Positions 8,628 to 15,100 of a DNA stretch of 32,000 nt are shown here, one piece after another. Location of the stretch: positions 68,461 through 100,460 of the forward strand of contig CALADQ010000003.1 in assembly GCA_937890765.1 (NCBI GenBank). The letters are read 5' to 3'. Source of the DNA: an uncultured Candidatus Neoarthromitus sp. GTDB taxonomy: Bacteria; Bacillota; Clostridia; Clostridiales; Clostridiaceae. The position numbers and the translations under genes were made by a program. A model generated the notes under the pieces. That model had not been told where the DNA came from and ran no database searches. It saw only the letters and a list, made by a program, of their open reading frames with translations. Position 1 is the stretch's first letter; each line of letters begins with the position of its first letter.

Positions 8628-10490
8628 TCAAGATTTTTTAATTATTGTGTCGATTATATCATTTTTATTTGAAGAATTAACGAGTTTTTTAACGTTGTTT
8701 TTATTTTCTATAATAAGAGCTATATCTGAAAGTATTTTTATATGATTTTCTCCCTTTCCCGCAATACCAAAAATTAAATACGCCTTTTCATCTCCAAAAC
8801 TAACACCATCTTTAACTTGCAACAAAACTATTCCAGATTTTTTAATGCTCGATTCAAAAGTTTTTTCACCGTGCGGTATAGCAACGCCCATTCCTATATA
8901 AGTTGAAAATAATTTTTCACGTTGTAACATTCCCTCAACATAATTTTCATCTACGTAACCATTTTTAAACAAAAGTTCTCCAGCTAATTTTATAGCTTCT
9001 TCTTTCGTTGAAACTTTTGCATCTAAAATTATATTGTCTTCGTTGAAAATATTTTTTGAAAATTCCAAATCCTTAGAATCCAAAATACATTCTTCATCTA
9101 AACTCAATTCATTTTTTGAATTTACAATGTGCAAAAATAAATCTTCCAAATTCGGATCGCTTAAAAAATTATTTATAGAAACGATTTTAGCATTTGAGTT
9201 TTTTGATAAAACCCTATCCTTCAAATTGTAATGAGTAACGACGATTTGCGCATCACTTGGAACGCTATCAACAGAAGAATAACTAACATTTATTTTTATA
9301 CCATGCTCTTTAAGTCTGTTTTTAAATTTAGATGCTCCCATAGCACTTGAACCCATACCTGCATCGCAAGCAAAAACAATTTTTTCAAAATTATTTGGAA
9401 AAACGTCGTTACGATTTGAGATTTTCATATTTTTAACATCTTTCTTTGCTTTGTCAAACTCCTCATCACTAGTAAAATTTTTGTTTCTCTTTATAAAAAA
9501 GCTTGCAACAACAAAACTAACTAAAGCAGACAAGAAAACTCCTAGTAGTATTTTAAATAAATCTCCTTTAGCTGAAAGAGCCATTATAGCGAATATACTA
9601 CCTGGTGATGGTGTTGACACAAGTCCAACTGAAAAAATTGAAAAAACAAAAACTCCAACAGCTCCTCCTAATATAACAGCAAAAATTAGAATAGGATTCA
9701 TAAGTATATAAGGAAAATATATTTCATGTATTCCACCTAAGAAATGAATAATTGCTGCTCCTGTTGTAGATTGTTTAACCATTCCTTTACTGAAAAAAAA
9801 GTATGCCAAAATTACCCCAAGTCCTGGGCCTGGGTTTGATTCTAGCAAATATAAAACTGATTTTCCCATTTCTTGAACTTGCTCAACTCCAATTGGTGCT
9901 AAAATTCCATGATTAATTGCATTATTTAAAAATAAAACCTTAGCAGGCTCTATAAATATTGAAACTAAAGGCAAAAGTCCTTTTGATATAATAAAGGAAA
10001 CTCCCATGGATAAAAATCCTGTTAAAGTTGTTATAACAGGTCCAACAACCAAAAGAGAAATAATTGATAATATTAATCCTAAAATCCCTATTGAAAAATT
10101 ATTTATAAGCATTTCAAAACCTGAAGGAATTTTATCTTCAACTATTTTGTCAAACTTTTTAATTACATATCCACTAATAGGCCCAACTATCATAGCACCT
10201 ATAAACATTGTAATGTTAGAACCAACTATAACGCCAATGGTTGAAATCGCCCCTATGATTCCACCACGAGTTCCACCTGTTAACTTTCCGCCAGTGTAAC
10301 CTATTAAAATAGGAAGCAAATATTTTATCATTGGATCTACTAATTGGCCAAAGTGTTCATTAGGAAACCAACCTGTAGGTATAAAGAATGCAGTTATTAA
10401 ACCCCACGCAATAAATGCCCCAATATTTGGCATAACCATTCCGCTTAAAAATTTTCCGAAACTTTGAATTTTATCATTGATGTTATTCAC
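8628..10490 (-). CDS. mtlA: PTS mannitol-specific transporter, fused EIICBA
   Basis: 620 aa. The membrane EIIC is at the N-terminus (KFLSGMVMPNIGAFIAWGLITAFFIP...). The EIIB segment is KIVFACDAGMGSSAMGAS. The C-terminal EIIA(Mtl) carries the phospho-His motif GMGVAIPHGE. GTG start, with GGGGGT 7 nt upstream. Confidence 0.9.
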   Translation of the reverse strand: MNNINDKIQSFGKFLSGMVMPNIGAFIAWGLITAFFIPTGWFPNEHFGQLVDPMIKYLLPILIGYTGGKLTGGTRGGIIGAISTIGVIVGSNITMFIGAMIVGPISGYVIKKFDKIVEDKIPSGFEMLINNFSIGILGLILSIISLLVVGPVITTLTGFLSMGVSFIISKGLLPLVSIFIEPAKVLFLNNAINHGILAPIGVEQVQEMGKSVLYLLESNPGPGLGVILAYFFFSKGMVKQSTTGAAIIHFLGGIHEIYFPYILMNPILIFAVILGGAVGVFVFSIFSVGLVSTPSPGSIFAIMALSAKGDLFKILLGVFLSALVSFVVASFFIKRNKNFTSDEEFDKAKKDVKNMKISNRNDVFPNNFEKIVFACDAGMGSSAMGASKFKNRLKEHGIKINVSYSSVDSVPSDAQIVVTHYNLKDRVLSKNSNAKIVSINNFLSDPNLEDLFLHIVNSKNELSLDEECILDSKDLEFSKNIFNEDNIILDAKVSTKEEAIKLAGELLFKNGYVDENYVEGMLQREKLFSTYIGMGVAIPHGEKTFESSIKKSGIVLLQVKDGVSFGDEKAYLIFGIAGKGENHIKILSDIALIIENKNNVKKLVNSSNKNDIIDTIIKKS

Positions 10491-10531
10491 ATTAATTACC
10501 CCCTTGGAAATTATTTTTTATTTATATCGAA

Positions 10532-10561
10532 ATTATATATCCTAAAATAACATTCTCACAA
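10532..10561 (-). promoter_or_regulatory. candidate mtlA promoter (TTGTGA-18-TATAAT)
   Basis: On the minus strand TTGTGA is at 10561-10556 and TATAAT at 10537-10532, about 40 nt upstream of the GTG start. In AT-rich DNA such matches also arise by chance. Confidence 0.35.
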
Positions 10562-10580
10562 TTAAAACAAATTTTTAAAA

Positions 10581-10601
10581 TGACATTAAATGTTAATGTC
10601 A
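10581..10601 (-). promoter_or_regulatory. perfect inverted repeat TGACATTAA-ATG-TTAATGTCA upstream of the mtlA promoter; candidate MtlR (activator) site
   Basis: 9-bp perfect arms with a 3-bp spacer. It sits about 20 nt upstream of the candidate -35, between the upstream gene's terminator and the mtlA promoter. Confidence 0.4.
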
Positions 10602-10610
10602 TTTTTACAA

Positions 10611-10637
10611 AATAAAAAAGTAGCTCGAAAGCTACTT
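10611..10637 (-). terminator. rho-independent terminator after the DUF4097-like gene
   Basis: Minus strand reads AAGTAGC-TTTCGA-GCTACTT followed by TTTTTATTTT, 4 nt after the stop. Confidence 0.75.
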
Positions 10638-10640
10638 AAC

Positions 10641-11378
10641 CTAACTAGTTATATTTGCATTAACATTTAATTTTTGTTTTCCGTTTACGGTATTAACTTT
10701 AAGAGATTTAATTTCGTATTCTAATTCAAGAGAATTTGCAAATATAAAATCTCCATTAACTACATTCGTGTTAATATTTTCACCATAAACATCTACAAAA
10801 TCTCCATTTCCATCTTTAATATTTAAATTTAAATTAATCGTGTTTACAAAATTTAATGACACATGACCATTTGATTTAAATATTTCTATGTTTCTACCTT
10901 TTAAAGATTCTATTTTAACTACTCCTGTTTGTGCGTTAATAATTAAATTATCAATATCCACATCGTAAAATTCTATATCGCCATTTCCAACCTTTAAATT
11001 TAAATTACTTATAGTATTTTTTCTAGGGACTTTTATTAGAATTCTTCCGCTATGCCCTACTTGGGTAAAGTTTTCTTTATTATTTTTAATTATTGAAATG
11101 TTATTATCTTCATCATACTCAACCAAATAAGGAAATTCTTCTGACAAATAGCTTGTTTTAATATTTATCATATCCAATTCTTCATCATACAAAATTTTAA
11201 CGTCTGTATCCAAAACATCTATATGAATATTTTTATCTAAAGAATCTTTTAATTTATACTCTTTGTTTATAACTTTCTTAGTCCTAAAATGTGATTTTTT
11301 ACCTGTAATTATTTTTAAAATAACATCTCTAAAAATTAAGAGCAGGATAACTATTAATAAAATTATCCCTAATTTCAT
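10641..11378 (-). CDS. membrane-anchored DUF4097-like (putative adhesin / beta-helical repeat) protein
   Basis: 245 aa. N-terminal TM helix MKLGIILLIVILLLIF is followed by repeated short beta-strand units (LNLKVGNGDIEFYDVDIDNLIINAQTGVVKIESLKGRNIEIFKSNGHVSLNF...NIKDGNGDFVDVYGENINTNVVNGDFIF), as in DUF4097. Confidence 0.55.
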   Translation of the reverse strand: MKLGIILLIVILLLIFRDVILKIITGKKSHFRTKKVINKEYKLKDSLDKNIHIDVLDTDVKILYDEELDMINIKTSYLSEEFPYLVEYDEDNNISIIKNNKENFTQVGHSGRILIKVPRKNTISNLNLKVGNGDIEFYDVDIDNLIINAQTGVVKIESLKGRNIEIFKSNGHVSLNFVNTINLNLNIKDGNGDFVDVYGENINTNVVNGDFIFANSLELEYEIKSLKVNTVNGKQKLNVNANITS

Positions 11379-11451
11379 AAAATTCCCTCCTTTTGATATA
11401 AATATATTTTATCACATAATTAAGAAACCTACTGAAATAATTCAATAGGTT

Positions 11452-11949
11452 TTACAAAAGTTTTTCATAACAATAGAATGGATATTTTTTTGATTCTAAA
11501 TTTATTTTTCCAACTCGTTTGAATGCAAGTTTTTCGAGTAAAGAAATAATAGGAGTGTTTAATCCATACGCCGCTGCTTTAAGATAATTAAGTCGTTGTC
11601 TTTTTGAAATATCTTCAGCAAGTGAAATTAAATCTTCTGCTACTCCTTTTCTCCTATAAATTTTATTGACGAACAACCTACAAAAAGAAGTGCATGGTGT
11701 TACTCTACTCCATTTAATCCCGTCTTCAGGTTTTCCTATTTCTTGATTATCAATACAAATAATCCCCGCTATTTCCGTTCCAATACCTCTAATATATAAA
11801 TGTCCACTGTCTATATCCTCAGCAAAGTGAGATACATTTGGATATTCATCGCTAAATTGGTCGCTACCTTGTTCTTTCATTTCTTTTTTAATATCTTCTA
11901 CAATGTACATTACTCTACGCAAATCTTGAATTACCGCTCTTCTTAACAC
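11452..11949 (-). CDS. GNAT-family N-acetyltransferase
   Basis: 165 aa. The acetyl-CoA motif A is LFVNKIYRRKGVAEDLISLA. GTG start, preceded by AAGGGG. Confidence 0.75.
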   Translation of the reverse strand: MLRRAVIQDLRRVMYIVEDIKKEMKEQGSDQFSDEYPNVSHFAEDIDSGHLYIRGIGTEIAGIICIDNQEIGKPEDGIKWSRVTPCTSFCRLFVNKIYRRKGVAEDLISLAEDISKRQRLNYLKAAAYGLNTPIISLLEKLAFKRVGKINLESKKYPFYCYEKLL

Positions 11950-12057
11950 TAATGAATTCCCCTTTTTACTATAAAAGTATAACTCATAAATTTATATTTA
12001 TCATCTAATAAAAAGTTTTTCCAAAAAACAAATTAAAATTCAAAGAAAATGGATATT

Positions 12058-12096
12058 AACAAAAAAATTAAGTGGCAAATCGAAATTCACCACTTA
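12058..12096 (-). terminator. rho-independent terminator of the giant surface-protein gene
   Basis: Minus strand reads TAAGTGG-(14-nt loop)-CCACTTA followed by ATTTTTTTGTT, 12 nt after the stop. Confidence 0.7.
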
Positions 12097-12108
12097 ACTT
12101 TTAAAATT

Positions 12109-15100
12109 TTAAGCTACAACCCCAGCTGCATCTTGGTCAGATTGTCTCCAGAATATTCCGGCTTTATCACAAAGTTTTCCAAACTCTGGTTCGTGAACCA
12201 TCCTGTCAACAAGAGTTTCTTGAGCTAATTTTTTATTTCCTTGAGCGTTCTTCAAGTTTTCGTTGTATATACTAATCCAGAAATTTAATCCTTCTTCGTC
12301 AAAATCTCTGTTAACAACTATTTGATAAAGTGCCGCAATAAGATCTCTATCTGCTAAGTTTCTATTCGTAAATTCATCTTCTGCGAACATTAAGTTCTTA
12401 AGGAAATATTCTCCGTTGAGTTTCTTAGTTAACATTCTGTGTTCATACCAATAGTTATAGCCTTCTTCATCTGGGAATCTTTCAAACGCAAACCAATATG
12501 CATTACTTAACCAATCTTGAGTTATATTTTCTGGTTCGGTTGTAAATTCTTTTATAGTTATAGTCATTGATGTTCCATCTTTTAATGGAATTTGTACTTC
12601 TACATTTTGATATCTTTTCTTAGGTATAGTAGGTTCTATTATAAAGCTAGTTCCATCATCGCTAAGTTTTACTTTAAATCCTTTATATTGCTCATCACCC
12701 ATAGAAAGTTGTATCTCTCCATCTTTATTTACTTCGACATCTGAAGTTGGTATTGAAAATTTTGCTTTAGTTCCTTGTATTTTATCTTCAACTTGTTCAA
12801 TTATTACATCTTTGGCAGGATTTGCTTTTGTTGTAAAGTTTACTTCTACAGGATCTATATTTAATCCTTCTTTAACTATTTGGACTTTTGCAACGTACTC
12901 AGTTTCTCCCTCAAGTTCATTAAATGTATATGAAGTTGTTCCTGTTCCTGTTGATGAATTTGATGGAGTACTAGGATATTCAGTATCATTTTTCTTTCTT
13001 ATGAAAACTTCTGTTTTATCAGCATCACCCAAAGATACATTTGAAGGATACTTCCAGTTTATAGCAGCGGTATTGTTTTGAAGTGCATCTTCACTGGAAG
13101 ACACAACTAAGTTTGATGTCTTAAACCTTTTAATATATTTAAGTCCTCCTAATTCATATAAAACTACAACTTCATAATCCTTACTTGGATCTTCCACTTC
13201 TACGTTAAAATCTTTTACTGATCTAATATCTGGACCTAATATTTCTTTATGAGTTAACTGCTTAATTGCATTTATCTCTTCTGGTATAGGCCCTTCACTA
13301 GCTTCTCTGTGTGCTATTATAAGTTTATCAGTGTGTTCATATTTAGATTCATCTTTGTAAAAATCTATTTCTTTATCGCCATAGTTCCAAGATATAACGT
13401 TAGAATTATGCTTTATAGATTCTAATGTTACATCAGTTACATTAAGGGCACCTGTTGTAAATTCAAATTTAGCCGGTGCAGCTTCACCATCTTGTAATTC
13501 TAACTTTACTAAAACTTCATAGGCAGCTTCCGGTAAAAGATAACTTAACTCTATTAATCTCATATCATCTGGTATACTTAGTGACTCTGATTGAACGCCT
13601 TCAAATGCTAAGAAATTTTCTGTTTCAAGTTCACCTTCGGCAAACTCATCTTTAGCATAAATTAATAATTTATCACCAGAAACGAATTCATAGTTATCAG
13701 GTGCCTCAAATTGAATTAATGCTCTTGTAGCTTCTTTAGAAAATAAACTAGCCTTAACAGGGTTTATAGTGTTTGTGAAGGTCAATTCTTTCTCGTATTT
13801 TCTGTCACCAACCGTATAAACTAACTTCATATTTTGTTCCGCACCTATAGTTTCAGCAAGAACATAATCACTAAATGTCGTGTCTATATCTGGATCCCCA
13901 TCTTTACTTGGATGCCCTTGAATCATGTAAGAAGGACTAGTAGGATAATCAGCTGCTGATGCTAATTTTACAAATATTTCAACTTTATCAGCATCGCCAA
14001 ATTTCATATTTTCAGGTTCAACTGCCCAACGAACGAGTATATCGTATTCTTCATAACTATCAACTTCAAAAGATTTTATAGCAAATGATTTCGTTGAAAT
14101 ATCTACTTCTGTAAATATTGGAGTATTATCTCCATGCATAGTAAACTGAATTTTAGCCTTATACTTACTTTCAGGGGTTAAACCTGAAACATCAACACGA
14201 GTTATCTCATTTAAGTCTACTCCATTTTCACCTTGAACTAATTTGAGTAAAGCCTCTCCATACTCACCACTCCTCTGAGTACTTGAGTCCTTAATTTCTT
14301 TAACAAATATTTCAAGTTTATCATTCTCTTGTATCTCATATCCCTCTGGATATTCCCAACCAAAAGTAGCCTTAGCTTGATCTGAAGTAAATACTGAAGC
14401 TTTAAACGTATTTACTTTAGTTTTAAATTTAACTTCAGCCTTAGCAGTCTCTTTATTTTGTTGTTCTTGTCTACCGTCATGTTTATCCCCCATATCTTTG
14501 TACTCAACAATTACTGAATAAGTTTTATTAGGATCTAAATGTTCTATATCTATAGACTTAAATTTCTTAAATTTATCTTCAATTAAATTTGTATATTCAT
14601 TTCCCTGTCTGCTTTCAACTTCTTGATTTCTACTTCTATAATCTACACTTTCTGGAATTTCCCCACCACCAATACTAGAACATGTTCTACTAAGAAGTTT
14701 TTTATATCCTTGTACAGAAATATCTTCTTCACCATTTTTCGATAAAATACTTGATGCTGCTGAATCTTCCTTAATATATAAATTTATAGTACTAACTCCA
14801 TCCTTAGTTTTCTTGGATATTGGTGAATAATCCCAACTTATAGTTGCTTTCTTAGGCTTAACATTACTCGCAACTACTGAAGTAACTTGTAATTTTGTAG
14901 TTAGTTGGAAATTAGATTCTACAGTGCTAACTTCAGTTTTATCATTTATAAAAGTAGCAGTTAAAGTATAATGCCAGTTCGTTTTTAATCCTGTTATTTC
15001 GGCAGTATTACTACTAACACTAAATACACCGTCATTTTGCAAAGTTATATCTGCATGCGAAGTTCCTTGCCCATTAGCATTCTGATTACCTACCAATGTT

